Shown: positions 20,524-31,289, counted from the stretch's first letter. The stretch: DNA of 64,000 bases from Rikenellaceae bacterium (GCA_900769885.1 CAAGIG010000087.1:12966-76965), one strand, 5' to 3'. Program-made: numbers and translations. Notes: a model not told the origin generated them from the sequence alone.

Positions 20524-21654
20524 CTACAATCTTTGTTGCAATTTTTTAACCGCCATCTCCTTCCACTGATAAAAGTCGCCCATCTCGATATGTTTGCGAG
20601 CCTGGTTGACCACATCCAGATAGAACGCCAGATTGTGTTCGCTCGCGATTTGAGCCGCCAGCATCTCTCCGGCTATAAACAAATGGCGAAGATAAGCCTT
20701 TGTATAATAATGGTCTACAAAGGAAGTTCCATTTTCGTCAATAGGAGAAAAATCTCTCTCCCATTTTTTATTTCTGATATTGATACGACCTTCCCAGGTG
20801 AAAAGCATACCATTGCGTCCGTTTCTGGTAGGCATCACGCAGTCAAACATATCAATTCCGCGGGCAATACCTTCCAACAGATTTTCAGGAGTACCGACCC
20901 CCATCAGATATCGTGGTTTGTCCTTGGGCAAAATAGGATGCAAAACCTCAATCATCTGATACATCACCTCTGTGGGTTCCCCTACAGACAAGCCGCCGAT
21001 GGCATATCCTTCCCTATCAAACTTGACAGCGTGCTCGGCAGCCTTAACACGCAAATCGGGATAGACACAGCCCTGTACAATGGGGAAATAGGTTTGGGAA
21101 TAGCCATAGAGAGGCTCGGTTTCATCAAATCTCTTGAGTCCCCTTTCCAACCATTTCTGAGTCATCTTCAAAGATTTTGCCGCATATTCGTGATCGGCAT
21201 CTCCAGGAGTGCACTCATCCAGAGCCATAATAATATCCGCTCCGATAATTCTTTGGGTATCAACATTATTCTCAGGAGTAAAGCTATGCTTTGACCCGTC
21301 TATATGAGAACTGAAAGTACATCCTTCAGCTGTGAATTTTCTATTAGCAGCCAAAGAAAAGACCTGAAAGCCACCACTGTCTGTAAGTATCGGCTTATCC
21401 CAATGAATAAATTTGTGAAGACCCCCAGCCTGACGGAGAGTCTCCAAACCCGGACGTAAATACAAGTGATATGTATTGCCGAGAATAATCTCGGCATTTA
21501 TATCACTTTCCAAATCTCTATGATAAACACCTTTGACGGAGCCTACCGTGCCCACCGGCATAAAAATGGGAGTTTCTATAACACCGTGATCGGTATATAC
21601 TCTTCCGCGGCGGGCACAACTTTGCTCGTCAGTTTTAATCAGTTCAAACTTCAT
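20524..21654 (-). CDS. tgt: tRNA-guanine transglycosylase (queuine tRNA-ribosyltransferase)
   Basis: 376 aa with TPIFMPVGT, LTDSGGFQV and GLSVGEP motifs. Confidence 0.95.
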   Translation of the reverse strand: MKFELIKTDEQSCARRGRVYTDHGVIETPIFMPVGTVGSVKGVYHRDLESDINAEIILGNTYHLYLRPGLETLRQAGGLHKFIHWDKPILTDSGGFQVFSLAANRKFTAEGCTFSSHIDGSKHSFTPENNVDTQRIIGADIIMALDECTPGDADHEYAAKSLKMTQKWLERGLKRFDETEPLYGYSQTYFPIVQGCVYPDLRVKAAEHAVKFDREGYAIGGLSVGEPTEVMYQMIEVLHPILPKDKPRYLMGVGTPENLLEGIARGIDMFDCVMPTRNGRNGMLFTWEGRINIRNKKWERDFSPIDENGTSFVDHYYTKAYLRHLFIAGEMLAAQIASEHNLAFYLDVVNQARKHIEMGDFYQWKEMAVKKLQQRL

Positions 21655-22604
21655 TATTTAATTTTTGCCGCAATAGCTTTTAGCATATCATCAACCATTG
21701 CATCGATATGCCATTGAGGGTTCCATCCCCACTCTTCACGTGCGCAAGAGTCATCCATTCTGTCTGGCCAAGAAGCTGCGATGGTAGCCTTAACAGGATC
21801 AACATCATAGTCGAATTTAGCGGTAGGGATACGCTCCTGAATCTTAGCAAACAGTTCTCTTGGGTTGAAACTCATACAAGTAATATTGAAACTGTTTCTA
21901 TGTTTTAGTTTTGAAGGATCAGCCTCCATAAGTTGTGTTACAGCGTTCAATGCATCGGGCATATACAACATATCCATATATGAATCTTCAGGGATAGGAC
22001 AGGTATAGTGACCGGTTTTCAAGATTTCATAGAACACTTCCACTGCGTAGTCAGTTGTACCACCACCGGGAAGACAACCATTCGAGATGATACCGGGGAA
22101 ACGTACACTACGGGCATCAACACCAAATCTCGAGAAATAGTAATCTGACAACAATTCACCGGTAACTTTACATACACCGTAGATTGTATCAGGTCTCATC
22201 ACTGTATCCTGAGGAGTCATATCGTGAGGAGTACTCAAACCGAAAGCTCCGATAGAACTTGGAGTAAACACAGCTGTCTTGAACTCTTTTGCCAAAGTCA
22301 AAGAGTTAAGAAGTGCACCCATATTGATTTTCCAAGCCAACTCAGGATTTTTCTCTCCGGTTGCTGACAATAGAGCCACCAGGTTAAAGATAGCATCTAT
22401 GTTATGTTTCTTAACAAGTTCACCAAAAGCATTGAAATCCAAAGCATCCAATTTTTCTACTCTTGCATACTCGCCGATTTTTGCAATGGCTTCGTCTTTA
22501 AGGTCTGCTGCAATAACATTATCCACACCATAATTTTTTTGAAGGTGAGGAACAAGCTCGGTACCAATTTGGCCACCAGCGCCTACTACTAATATTCTTT
22601 TCAT
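21654..22604 (-). CDS. tdh: SDR/epimerase-fold L-threonine 3-dehydrogenase
   Basis: Starts at an internal ATG (MKRILVVGAGGQIGTELV). YGVCK catalytic motif and RFPGIISNGCLPGGGTTDYAVEVFYE, typical of the short-chain TDH family. Its stop overlaps the tgt start (TAATG). Confidence 0.65.
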   Translation of the reverse strand: MKRILVVGAGGQIGTELVPHLQKNYGVDNVIAADLKDEAIAKIGEYARVEKLDALDFNAFGELVKKHNIDAIFNLVALLSATGEKNPELAWKINMGALLNSLTLAKEFKTAVFTPSSIGAFGLSTPHDMTPQDTVMRPDTIYGVCKVTGELLSDYYFSRFGVDARSVRFPGIISNGCLPGGGTTDYAVEVFYEILKTGHYTCPIPEDSYMDMLYMPDALNAVTQLMEADPSKLKHRNSFNITCMSFNPRELFAKIQERIPTAKFDYDVDPVKATIAASWPDRMDDSCAREEWGWNPQWHIDAMVDDMLKAIAAKIK

Positions 22605-22635
22605 TTCCAATAATATTTGTAAGAATTGTATCGAA

Positions 22636-22643
22636 CAAAAATA
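22636..22643 (-). promoter_or_regulatory. putative -7 box (TATTTTTG on the minus strand) for tdh-tgt
   Basis: Exact TAnnTTTG, 31 nt upstream of the tdh ATG at 22604. Confidence 0.4.
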
Positions 22644-22664
22644 ATTATTTTTGAAGAAATTCCC

Positions 22665-22672
22665 TACTTTTG
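22665..22672 (+). promoter_or_regulatory. putative -7 box (TACTTTTG) for the GSCFA gene
   Basis: Exact TAnnTTTG, ending 4 nt before the ATG at 22677. A second exact box (TATTTTTG) lies at 22646-22653. Confidence 0.35.
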
Positions 22673-22676
22673 TTTT

Positions 22677-23507
22677 ATGAGTGAGAAGAAAAGTACACAA
22701 AAAAAGACAGTTGTCACTTTTAACCCCTTAAAAGTGAGCATTTCACACGAAGATGAAATTATTTCACTCGGTTCCTGTTTTTCTTCCGAAATCGGGAATT
22801 TGATGAAAATTGACGGCTATAAAATAGACAACAATCCCTTTGGGGTCTTATTCAATCCCGCCTCAATTGCAAATAGCATAGCCAGGTTGCAGGGCAAAAC
22901 TCCTTTCGTTACTGAGGACGTTGTTCCCCGCAATACAAACCCTGTGTACAATCCCGAAAAATATATTGACGAAGGATACACCTCATTCTTCCACCACGGC
23001 TCCTTCAAAAGGGAGTCGCCCGAAGAATTTCTGAAAAATGCCAACACATCACTCTGCAGGGCATCCGAAAATTTTGAAAAAGCAAAGTGGGTAATAATCA
23101 CTTTCGGGACTGCTTGGGTTTACAGACATATTGAAAAGGATATAATTGTTTCAAATTGTCATAAGCATCCTGCTAAAGAATTCCGCAGAGAATTTCTATC
23201 AATTGAAGAGATTGTCAATCAATACACCCCACTCATCGCCGCTAATCCTGACAAAAGATGGATTTTCACAGTCTCCCCAATCAGACACATAAAAGACGGA
23301 CTGCACGAGAACCAACTGTCAAAAGCGACTCTCCTTCTTGCAATAGATTCACTCTGTAAAAAATTCGACAACTGCTCCTACTTCCCGTCATACGAAATAG
23401 TCCTCGACGAAATGAGAGACTACTCTCACTTTGCCGAGGACTCAGTCCATCCTTCAGAAGAAACCATCCTGAAGGTATATGAAAAATTCAAAAAGTTTGC
23501 TCTATAG
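22677..23507 (+). CDS. GSCFA-domain protein
   Basis: Contains LGSCFSSEIG, the family-naming GSCFA-type motif. I start it at MSEKKST rather than at the tracked upstream ATG. Confidence 0.7.
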   Translation: MSEKKSTQKKTVVTFNPLKVSISHEDEIISLGSCFSSEIGNLMKIDGYKIDNNPFGVLFNPASIANSIARLQGKTPFVTEDVVPRNTNPVYNPEKYIDEGYTSFFHHGSFKRESPEEFLKNANTSLCRASENFEKAKWVIITFGTAWVYRHIEKDIIVSNCHKHPAKEFRREFLSIEEIVNQYTPLIAANPDKRWIFTVSPIRHIKDGLHENQLSKATLLLAIDSLCKKFDNCSYFPSYEIVLDEMRDYSHFAEDSVHPSEETILKVYEKFKKFAL

Positions 23508-24641
23508 TATTGAGAACAAGACAAATGCCCAGTGAGCCACAATACCAGCCACCAAACCGCCGATAGTGTGAGCCAAGATAGCTTTAGATGTCAATTTTCT
23601 GAATCCCATTGAATCAAGCATAGCAGTGTGTGTGCTCAAATATCCACTCCAGCACATACCCATTGCAGTAAATACAGCAATTGCATTACCATCAATCAAA
23701 CCTGTCAACTGGAATTTAGGAATCAAACTCAATGCAGCACCTACAGCACCCAAAGAAGTGATAGGGAACGCAACCAATTCGGGATGATGGAAACCGAACA
23801 ACCATTCAAAAATGAAGTTGATTTTACCTGCCAACATAGGCAATAAAGCTACACCTTCGTAAGCAGCACCGGTATATACACCACCTTCACCGGGACCGAA
23901 GGTAAGCATCATCACAAAAGTAGAGATGATAAGGACACCTGGGATAATTGCAAGACCCAAGTCCACACCTGTTTTACCACCATCGAGCAATGAATTCAAC
24001 ACTCTCAAGAAAACACCACCTTCTGATTTAAATGAAATCTGCTGTTCATCACCACCTTCCACGTTATCATTCAACTCTGGATTTGTCTTAAGAATAGAAC
24101 GTTGCATCAGACGGGTAGATACTATACTTCCGACGAAAGATCCCAAAAGACCAACGAGTGCCGCTGACATAAAGCCTTCACCTCTACCGGCCATATAAAT
24201 GATAACGACAAGACCCATACCGAATGCGGTACCGAAGTTTGTCAAAGAGATAAGCTGGTATTTTTTGAAATATCTGCTAAAGTTTTTGTCTTTTGAAAGA
24301 CTGATAATAGCAGGGTTATCCGACAAGAATGTCAAGATACCACCCAGTGCAGCCACACCTGGAAGATTATAAAGAGGTTTCATAAGAGGTTTAAGAATAA
24401 CCTCCAATAGACGAACCACACCAAATTCAACCAACAGTTTTCCAAGAGCACCTGTAAGGACAGTGACCCCCATCAAGTAAAGAACTGTGTTAAGCAACAA
24501 ATCGTGGGCAGTGTACATAATGGTGTTCATCATATTTGAAACACCCATAACAGAACCAAGTCCCCCGAAAATTCCAAAGAAGACAAGCAAGAATACACCA
24601 GCTTCAATTCTTCTTCCGGTTAGAAATTTTAGACCTTTCAT
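23502..24641 (-). CDS. polytopic inner-membrane protein, probably nucleoside-recognition (Gate) domain transporter family
   Basis: 379 aa with about 10 hydrophobic helices. The segment LKPLMKPLYNLPGVAALGGILTFLSDNPA resembles Gate-domain proteins. Family assignment is tentative. Confidence 0.45.
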   Translation of the reverse strand: MKGLKFLTGRRIEAGVFLLVFFGIFGGLGSVMGVSNMMNTIMYTAHDLLLNTVLYLMGVTVLTGALGKLLVEFGVVRLLEVILKPLMKPLYNLPGVAALGGILTFLSDNPAIISLSKDKNFSRYFKKYQLISLTNFGTAFGMGLVVIIYMAGRGEGFMSAALVGLLGSFVGSIVSTRLMQRSILKTNPELNDNVEGGDEQQISFKSEGGVFLRVLNSLLDGGKTGVDLGLAIIPGVLIISTFVMMLTFGPGEGGVYTGAAYEGVALLPMLAGKINFIFEWLFGFHHPELVAFPITSLGAVGAALSLIPKFQLTGLIDGNAIAVFTAMGMCWSGYLSTHTAMLDSMGFRKLTSKAILAHTIGGLVAGIVAHWAFVLFSIL

Positions 24642-24660
24642 ATAATGATTGTTTTAAAAA

Positions 24661-25776
24661 TTATCTTTGAAATACTTTCATTTGCCAGCGTACCCCGATA
24701 TTGAACGAAAGCAATTGCGATTGAGCGCCTCCGGCATTATTTCCGTATACAAATGCGTGAACTCTTAACAAGTTCTTAAGAGACTTGATAGGATAGAACT
24801 CCACACCTGCTCCATAGAAAGCATATTGAGTACCGGGAGCCACATATCTGTCGTAGGCAAATGCTCTCTCGACAGTACCTTCCTGAGCCTTGTTCTGGTC
24901 ATAACCACCCTTTACAAATAAATTCCAATGGTCACCCACTGCAAAATTCATATTACTTACAACCGAAAAGTCGGCAAAGAAATTATCCTGCTTGAAAGAA
25001 GCTCTGTTGGTATAATCCAATTCCCAGGAGAACCAGTCAAAATTGAACTTGTTACCAAGAGCGATATAATTGATAAACTCACCTTTTTCATATTCAAGGA
25101 AGTTTACAGAATAGATGGTTTCAAACCAATTGATTTTACCATACCAAAGGAGATTGTATGCAAACAATCCTTGAAGTGACTCTTTACAGAATGGGGAGTC
25201 GGTCACTTGTAATTTCAAAGTATGGTTTCCGTCAGATGAATGGAAATTGAAAGAGGTTCCGAATCTGAATGGAGGATCGAGGTTATTCCAGAAATCAGAC
25301 CAGAAATATACATCAATAGGGGCCTTGTCGTATTCATAACCACCGACAGCTACCACCTCCTTACCTGCTGAAATGGAGAAATTCTTATTTATTTGATATG
25401 CAAGATAAACCCAGTCAACACTTCCGAAGAAGTCTTTAGGATTTCCATTGTCCTGATTGATTCTGTATCTGAATGAATATGAGAACTTGTCAGAGATATT
25501 TCCTGCAATGGCAAAATTCAAATATCGTCCTGAAAATCCGAACTTTTCAGTCGAACCCTCTTTGAACATACCATAATTATTATAGATACCATCTGCTCTG
25601 ACATCGAACTTGATGGAAATGATAGAGTCCGATTTATTAGGTTTCTGTAACTGGCTGATACCTGTAATTACTTCAGGTACCTGCAGTGCATTCTCATCCT
25701 GCGCAAAGAGCACACCTGAGAAGATCATTAGGGCAATTAATGAAAATAGTTTTCTTAAGGTCATATTTTTAGTCAT
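24661..25776 (-). CDS. outer-membrane beta-barrel porin
   Basis: 371 aa. Signal peptide ending FAQ, alternating aromatic/polar beta-strand pattern, and a C-terminal aromatic-rich strand. Confidence 0.5.
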   Translation of the reverse strand: MTKNMTLRKLFSLIALMIFSGVLFAQDENALQVPEVITGISQLQKPNKSDSIISIKFDVRADGIYNNYGMFKEGSTEKFGFSGRYLNFAIAGNISDKFSYSFRYRINQDNGNPKDFFGSVDWVYLAYQINKNFSISAGKEVVAVGGYEYDKAPIDVYFWSDFWNNLDPPFRFGTSFNFHSSDGNHTLKLQVTDSPFCKESLQGLFAYNLLWYGKINWFETIYSVNFLEYEKGEFINYIALGNKFNFDWFSWELDYTNRASFKQDNFFADFSVVSNMNFAVGDHWNLFVKGGYDQNKAQEGTVERAFAYDRYVAPGTQYAFYGAGVEFYPIKSLKNLLRVHAFVYGNNAGGAQSQLLSFNIGVRWQMKVFQR

Positions 25777-25784
25777 TTAGCCCA

Positions 25785-25792
25785 CAAATATA
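25785..25792 (-). promoter_or_regulatory. putative -7 box (TATATTTG on the minus strand) for the porin gene
   Basis: Exact TAnnTTTG, 9 nt upstream of the first ATG (25776) and 21 nt upstream of the second in-frame ATG (25764). Confidence 0.3.
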
Positions 25793-25796
25793 TATG

Positions 25797-25834
25797 ATAA
25801 AAGGGACAAACTGAAAAAAAATCAGTTTGTCCCC
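25797..25834 (-). terminator. rho-independent terminator ending the ribosomal/rpoA operon
   Basis: Perfect 12-bp stem (GGGACAAACTGA / TCAGTTTGTCCC), 7-nt loop, then TTTTAT on the minus strand, 20 nt after the rplQ stop. Confidence 0.8.
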
Positions 25835-25854
25835 TATTTATAAGAAAAATATTC

Positions 25855-26307
25855 TTATTCTTCAGTTGTTTGAGCTGCTTTCTTAGAACGGCTACGACGG
25901 GTAGCAGGTTTCTTTTCTGCTGCTGCAGGAGCTGCTGCTACTGTTGCTTCATTGAAGTCAACTAGTTCAATGAAAGCCATATCTGCTGCGTCACCTTGTC
26001 TGAAACCGGTTTTGATGATACGGGTGTATCCACCTGGACGATCAGCAATTTTAGGAGCAATTACTCTGAACAATTCGCTAACTGCCTCTTTTTGTTTAAG
26101 GTAAGCGAATACAGTACGACGTGAGTGAGTAGAATCGTCTTTTGATTTTGTAATAAGGGGCTCTACATATACTCTCAAAGCTTTAGCTTTAGCAAGAGTA
26201 GTTTCGATACGCTTGTGCATAATCAAAGACGAAGCCATATTTGCCAACAACGCTTTGCGGTGGCCACTCTTACGTCCCAAATGGTTGAATGATTTATTGT
26301 GCCTCAT
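25855..26307 (-). CDS. rplQ: 50S ribosomal protein L17
   Basis: [21 protein letters not shown] start, with an Ala/Lys-rich C-terminal tail. Confidence 0.95.
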   Translation of the reverse strand: MRHNKSFNHLGRKSGHRKALLANMASSLIMHKRIETTLAKAKALRVYVEPLITKSKDDSTHSRRTVFAYLKQKEAVSELFRVIAPKIADRPGGYTRIIKTGFRQGDAADMAFIELVDFNEATVAAAPAAAEKKPATRRSRSKKAAQTTEE

Positions 26308-27325
26308 TATTTTCTACTTCTACGGATTTCTTTTTTACTTCAATATTGTATTTGGTGACATCCATTCCGAATGAAAGTTTAACTCTGTCCATCAACAGGT
26401 CAATTTCATTCAAAGATTTCTTACCAAAGTTTCTGAATTTGATCAATTCGTGTCTTTGATGTGAAACAAGGTCTGCAAAGTTTTCAATCTCAGCTGCTTT
26501 CAAGCAGTTAAGAGCTCTTACAGAAAGTTCCATATCTGACAACTTGGTAAGAAGAAGATGTCTCATACGAAGAGCTTCTTCATCAAGAACCTCAGGGTTG
26601 TTTTTCTTAGGCGCTGTCTCAAGAGAAATTTTCTCATCAGAGAAAAGCATAAAGTGGTAGATAAGAATCTTTGCTGCCTCGGTCAAAGCTTCCTTAGGAT
26701 GGATTGAACCGTCGGTAGTAATTTCAAGATTCAATTTATCGTAGTCAGTTTTTTGTTCAACACGGTAGTTTTCTACTGAAATGTTGACATTTCTGATAGG
26801 AGTGTAAATTGAATCGATAGGAATAGTACCGATAGGAGCTGATTCCACTCTGTTTTCGTCTGAAGGTACATAACCTCTACCCTTTCCAATTCTCAATGTT
26901 ACGTTAAGAACCACTGAAGGCTCCATCGAACAAATGTGAAGTTCAGGATTTAGGACAGAGAAATTACATAGGCTCTTTGAAATATCTTCCGCTGTAAATT
27001 CTTGTTTTCCGGTAACGGTAAAGGTTACAGTTTCTTCATCACTTTCTTTAACTTCTCTCTTGAAACGAACTTGTTTAAGATTCAAAACAATGTCTACAAC
27101 GCTCTCAATAACACCGGGGATTGTGTCAAACTCGTGACTTACACCCTCGATTTTAATGGAGGTGATGGCAAATCCCTCTAACGATGACAACAAGACTCTG
27201 CGAAGTGCATTACCAATTGTTGTACCGTATCCGGGTTCTAGCGGACGGAACTCAAATTTTCCGAAAGTATCGGTAGATTCGAGCATTATTACTTTATCCG
27301 GTTTTTGAAATGCTAATATTGCCAT
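26294..27325 (-). CDS. rpoA: DNA-directed RNA polymerase subunit alpha
   Basis: 343 aa with [11 protein letters not shown] and the C-terminal-domain motif [12 protein letters not shown]. Confidence 0.95.
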   Translation of the reverse strand: MAILAFQKPDKVIMLESTDTFGKFEFRPLEPGYGTTIGNALRRVLLSSLEGFAITSIKIEGVSHEFDTIPGVIESVVDIVLNLKQVRFKREVKESDEETVTFTVTGKQEFTAEDISKSLCNFSVLNPELHICSMEPSVVLNVTLRIGKGRGYVPSDENRVESAPIGTIPIDSIYTPIRNVNISVENYRVEQKTDYDKLNLEITTDGSIHPKEALTEAAKILIYHFMLFSDEKISLETAPKKNNPEVLDEEALRMRHLLLTKLSDMELSVRALNCLKAAEIENFADLVSHQRHELIKFRNFGKKSLNEIDLLMDRVKLSFGMDVTKYNIEVKKKSVEVENNEAQ

Positions 27326-27339
27326 AATACTACTAATTA

Positions 27340-27942
27340 TTATTTTGAATACAACTCGACGATCAACTGCTCGTTAATAGGTTCAGGAATTTCAGTTCTT
27401 TCAGGAAGATTTAAGAATTTACCTGTAAGTTCATTGCGATTCCATTCAATCCAAGAATATTTACAAGTATCGCTAACATAGTTTTGGATAACTTCCAAGC
27501 TCTTAGATCTTTCACGAACTGCAACGATTTGTCCGGGTTTGATAAAAGTTGAAGGGATGTTACATACTTCGCCATCAAGTGTAATGTGGCAGTGAGACAC
27601 CAATTGTCTTGCAGCAGCACGTGTAGGTGCTACACCCATACGATAAACGATGTTATCAAGTCTGGATTCCAAAAGGAGCAATAGGTTTTCACCTGTACGT
27701 CCTTTCATTTTTTGTGCCTTAGCGTATGTATTACGGAATTGTCTTTCAAGAACTCCGTAAGTATATTTAACTTTCTGTTTTTCTTTTAGCTGTGTGCCGT
27801 ATTCAGAAGTTTTTTTACGTTTTCTTGCCAAACCGTGTTGTCCGGGAGGATAATTTTTCTTTTCGAAATACTTATCAGCGCCAAAAATAGGCTCTCCGAA
27901 CTTACGGGCAATTTTAGTTGTGGGCCCTGTATATCTTGCCAT
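27340..27942 (-). CDS. rpsD: 30S ribosomal protein S4
   Basis: [20 protein letters not shown] start. Confidence 0.95.
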   Translation of the reverse strand: MARYTGPTTKIARKFGEPIFGADKYFEKKNYPPGQHGLARKRKKTSEYGTQLKEKQKVKYTYGVLERQFRNTYAKAQKMKGRTGENLLLLLESRLDNIVYRMGVAPTRAAARQLVSHCHITLDGEVCNIPSTFIKPGQIVAVRERSKSLEVIQNYVSDTCKYSWIEWNRNELTGKFLNLPERTEIPEPINEQLIVELYSK

Positions 27943-27971
27943 TTTAAATCAATTTTTAACAATTAGAAAAA

Positions 27972-28364
27972 TTATACTCTACGGCGTCCTTTGGGACGGC
28001 ATCCATTGTGAGGAAGAGGAGTAACGTCAATGATTTCGGTAACTTCGATACCAGCTCCGTGGATGGTACGGATAGCAGATTCACGACCTGCACCAGGACC
28101 TTTCACATAAGCTTTGATTTTACGAAGACCCAAGTCATAAGCTACTTTTGCAGCATCTGCTGCAGCTACCTGAGCTGCGTAAGGGGTGTTCTTTTTAGAA
28201 CCTCTGAAACCCATTTTACCAGCTGAAGACCAACTAATAACCTGACCAACACTGTTGGTAAGAGTTACAATCACATTGTTGAAAGTTGAAGAGATGTGAG
28301 CTTCACCGAAAGCGTCAACTTTAACAACTCTTTTCTTGTTTGATGTTCCTGTTTTCTTTGCCAT
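27972..28364 (-). CDS. rpsK: 30S ribosomal protein S11
   Basis: 130 aa with [20 protein letters not shown]. Confidence 0.95.
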   Translation of the reverse strand: MAKKTGTSNKKRVVKVDAFGEAHISSTFNNVIVTLTNSVGQVISWSSAGKMGFRGSKKNTPYAAQVAAADAAKVAYDLGLRKIKAYVKGPGAGRESAIRTIHGAGIEVTEIIDVTPLPHNGCRPKGRRRV

Positions 28365-28376
28365 AATTAGCTTCTG

Positions 28377-28754
28377 TTATTTAGTTGCTTTTTTCTTATT
28401 AGCCACAGTTTTCTTTCTACCTTTACGTGTACGAGCATTGTTTTTGGTGCTTTGTCCACGAACAGGAAGACCGATACGATGACGGATTCCTCTATAACAT
28501 CCGATATCCATCAGACGTTTGATGTTCAATTGTACAGATGAACGAAGTTCACCTTCGATTTTGTAGTTTTCAGAGATATTAGCTCTGATTGCAGCGATCT
28601 GATCATCGTTCCACTCGCTTACTTTAGTGTTGAAATCGATACCACATTCGGTAAGGATTCTTTGAGCAGAACTGCGACCGATACCGTAGATATAGGTCAA
28701 ACCTATCTCTCCGCGTTTGTTTTTCGGTAAATCTACACCGGCTATACGTGCCAT
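28377..28754 (-). CDS. rpsM: 30S ribosomal protein S13
   Basis: [14 protein letters not shown] start. Confidence 0.95.
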   Translation of the reverse strand: MARIAGVDLPKNKRGEIGLTYIYGIGRSSAQRILTECGIDFNTKVSEWNDDQIAAIRANISENYKIEGELRSSVQLNIKRLMDIGCYRGIRHRIGLPVRGQSTKNNARTRKGRKKTVANKKKATK

Positions 28755-28790
28755 AATCTAATATTTCTTTTTTTATTGTTTACTGATTAA

Positions 28791-28907
28791 TTATCCTTGG
28801 CGCATTTTGAACTTAGGATTCTTTTTGCATATAACATAGAGGCGACCTTTGCGCTTTACTATTTTGCAATCCTCGCTACGCTTTTTGATGGATGTTTTTA
28901 CTTTCAT
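28791..28907 (-). CDS. rpmJ: 50S ribosomal protein L36 (zinc-free type)
   Basis: 38 aa from an internal ATG: [38 protein letters not shown]. The first Cys and the His of the zinc motif are replaced. Confidence 0.9.
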   Translation of the reverse strand: MKVKTSIKKRSEDCKIVKRKGRLYVICKKNPKFKMRQG

Positions 28908-28920
28908 TATCGTAATTTTT

Positions 28921-29139
28921 TTATTTGTATCTGAAAGAAATTCTTCCTTTTGATAAGTCATAAGGAGACATTTCAACCCTTACTTTGTCGCCTGGCAGGA
29001 TACGGATGTAGTGCATACGCATCTTACCTGAAATGTGGGCTATAACTATGTGACCATTATCCAACTCAACTCTGAACATTGCATTGGACAATGCTTCGAC
29101 GATTGTACCTTCTTTTTCTATTGCAGCTTGTTTGGGCAT
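28921..29139 (-). CDS. infA: translation initiation factor IF-1
   Basis: 72 aa with [20 protein letters not shown]. Confidence 0.95.
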   Translation of the reverse strand: MPKQAAIEKEGTIVEALSNAMFRVELDNGHIVIAHISGKMRMHYIRILPGDKVRVEMSPYDLSKGRISFRYK

Positions 29140-29162
29140 ATAAATTTCTTCTTATAAACTTA

Positions 29163-29942
29163 TTAATATTGTCTCTTTCCTTCTATAAAATCAAAAGTAG
29201 ATAGAACATCAGGCTGATTATCTTTGACAGCGACTGTCAACTCGAAATGTGCGGAGTACTTTTTATCTACTGTACTTACCGCCCAACCGTTATCATGAAG
29301 ATAAATCGATCTTTGCCCGGCGTTAATCATTGGTTCGATACAGATAGTCATTCCATTTATCAATTTCTTACCGCTTCCGATTCTTCCGTAGTTGGGAATC
29401 TCAGGGTGTTCGTGCATATTCTTGCCGACCCCGTGTCCCACAAACTCGCGAACTACGGAAAAACCGAAACTTTCGGCATAAGACTGTACTGCGTGACCTA
29501 TATCCCCCACTCTGTTTCCAGCAATAGCTTTTTCTATGCCGCGATACAAAGACTCTTTGGTTACATCCAGCAACTTCTGAGTTTCTTCACTTACATTTCC
29601 AACAGGGAAAGTATAAGCAGAATCTCCATAAAAGCCTTTATATATAGTTCCGCAATCAACCGAAACAATATCTCCATCTTTAAGGCGGTAGTCTGAAGGA
29701 AAGCCGTGAACTACCACATCATTGACTGAGACACAAAGAGTGTAAGGAAATCCACCGTACCCAAGAAAACCTGGTTCCGCACCATTGTCACGAATGAACT
29801 GTTCCGCAATGCGGTCCAACTCCATTGTGGTTACGCCTGGGGCAATGTGTTTGCCAACTTCGGCCAATGTTTTTGAAACTATGATTGCATTCTCGCGAAG
29901 AATTTCAATCTCTTCCTGGGTCTTTATTCTAATCATACTCAA
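29163..29942 (-). CDS. map: type I methionine aminopeptidase
   Basis: 259 aa with VVHGFP, DCGT..GFYGD, GHGVG and ICIEP metal-ligand motifs. Confidence 0.95.
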   Translation of the reverse strand: MSMIRIKTQEEIEILRENAIIVSKTLAEVGKHIAPGVTTMELDRIAEQFIRDNGAEPGFLGYGGFPYTLCVSVNDVVVHGFPSDYRLKDGDIVSVDCGTIYKGFYGDSAYTFPVGNVSEETQKLLDVTKESLYRGIEKAIAGNRVGDIGHAVQSYAESFGFSVVREFVGHGVGKNMHEHPEIPNYGRIGSGKKLINGMTICIEPMINAGQRSIYLHDNGWAVSTVDKKYSAHFELTVAVKDNQPDVLSTFDFIEGKRQY

Positions 29943-29956
29943 TGAACTTTTGAGAA

Positions 29957-31276
29957 TTACATTCCCGAACGACCTTTTAGACGTCCGGTTTTCATCAAAC
30001 CGTCGTAGTGACGCATCAACAAATGAGATTCAATTTGTTGCAATGTGTCTAAAACTACTCCTACAAGGATAAGCAATGATGTACCGCCATAGAATTGAGC
30101 GAACTGATTGTTTATCCCGAATATCATAGCAAATGCAGGTAATATCGCAACGATTGCTAGGAAAATAGATCCTGGCAAGGTAATACGCGACATGATTGCA
30201 TCCAAATAGTCAGCAGTTTTCTTACCGGGTTTAACACCAGGGATGAAACCTCCGTTTTTCTTCATCTCTTCTGCCATCATATTGGGGTTCACAGTAATTG
30301 CTGTATAGAAGAATGTGAACAAACCAACAAGCAAAGCGAAGATGAAGTTATACCAGAATCCGGTATAATCGCTCAATGTAGCAGCCAAACCTTGAGTTGC
30401 ATCAAAACCTGCAAGAAGGAGAGGGAACATCATCAATGCCTGAGCAAAGATGATAGGCATAACGCCTGCTGCATTGATTTTTAGAGGAATATACTGGCGT
30501 ACACCACCATACTGCTTGTTACCGATTATTCTTTTTGCATATTGTACAGGAACTTTACGTTGACCTTGTACCAAAGCTATCGTTGCAACGAAGATCAAGA
30601 ACAGGAATACGATTTCAATGATGAACATTAGAGGACCACCATTGGTTTGACTCCATCTTTGAGCAGCTTCAGCGAACAATGCGAATGGCAAACGAGCGAT
30701 AATACCGACCATAATGATCAATGAGATACCGTTTCCAAGACCTCTGTCGGTAATACGTTCACCAAGCCACATTACGAACATTGTTCCGGCCATTAGAACG
30801 ATAGTTGCAAAAATGTTATATGAGAATCCTTGAACCAAGAATGCTTCAGCTGGCAATTGCGCGTGTAGGTTTGTAATATACGCAGGACCTTGTATCAAAA
30901 GGATAGCAATTGTCAAGAAACGGGTCCACTGATTCATTTTTCTACGTCCGCTCTCACCTTCCCTTTGCATCTTTTGGAAGTAGGGAACCATCACACCCAA
31001 CAACTGGATTACGATGGAAGCGGAGATATAAGGCATAACTCCCAATGCAAAGATTGATGCATTGCCGAACGCACCGCCGGAAAACATATCCAAAAGACTG
31101 AGAAGTCCTGAAGATGCTTGTTCTTCGAGAGCAGCCAATTGTGTAGGGTCAATACCTGGAAGCACAATAAAACTACCCAAACGATAAACAAGGAGCAAAA
31201 GAACTGTGTAAACAATTCTTTTTCTCAACTCCTCGATCTTGAAGATATTTTGTATGGTTTGAAAAAATCTTTTCAT
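29957..31276 (-). CDS. secY: preprotein translocase subunit SecY
   Basis: 439 aa, 10 TM helices, with GIMP-type motif region ALGVMPYISASIV. Confidence 0.95.
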   Translation of the reverse strand: MKRFFQTIQNIFKIEELRKRIVYTVLLLLVYRLGSFIVLPGIDPTQLAALEEQASSGLLSLLDMFSGGAFGNASIFALGVMPYISASIVIQLLGVMVPYFQKMQREGESGRRKMNQWTRFLTIAILLIQGPAYITNLHAQLPAEAFLVQGFSYNIFATIVLMAGTMFVMWLGERITDRGLGNGISLIIMVGIIARLPFALFAEAAQRWSQTNGGPLMFIIEIVFLFLIFVATIALVQGQRKVPVQYAKRIIGNKQYGGVRQYIPLKINAAGVMPIIFAQALMMFPLLLAGFDATQGLAATLSDYTGFWYNFIFALLVGLFTFFYTAITVNPNMMAEEMKKNGGFIPGVKPGKKTADYLDAIMSRITLPGSIFLAIVAILPAFAMIFGINNQFAQFYGGTSLLILVGVVLDTLQQIESHLLMRHYDGLMKTGRLKGRSGM

Positions 31277-31289
31277 TAGGTGTTATTTT

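Noticed and set aside
20365-21294. 309-aa ORF on the plus strand
   Set aside because: It lies entirely antisense to the strongly conserved tgt and LptF/G-family permease genes. It is low-complexity with no recognisable motifs, so it is a typical shadow ORF.
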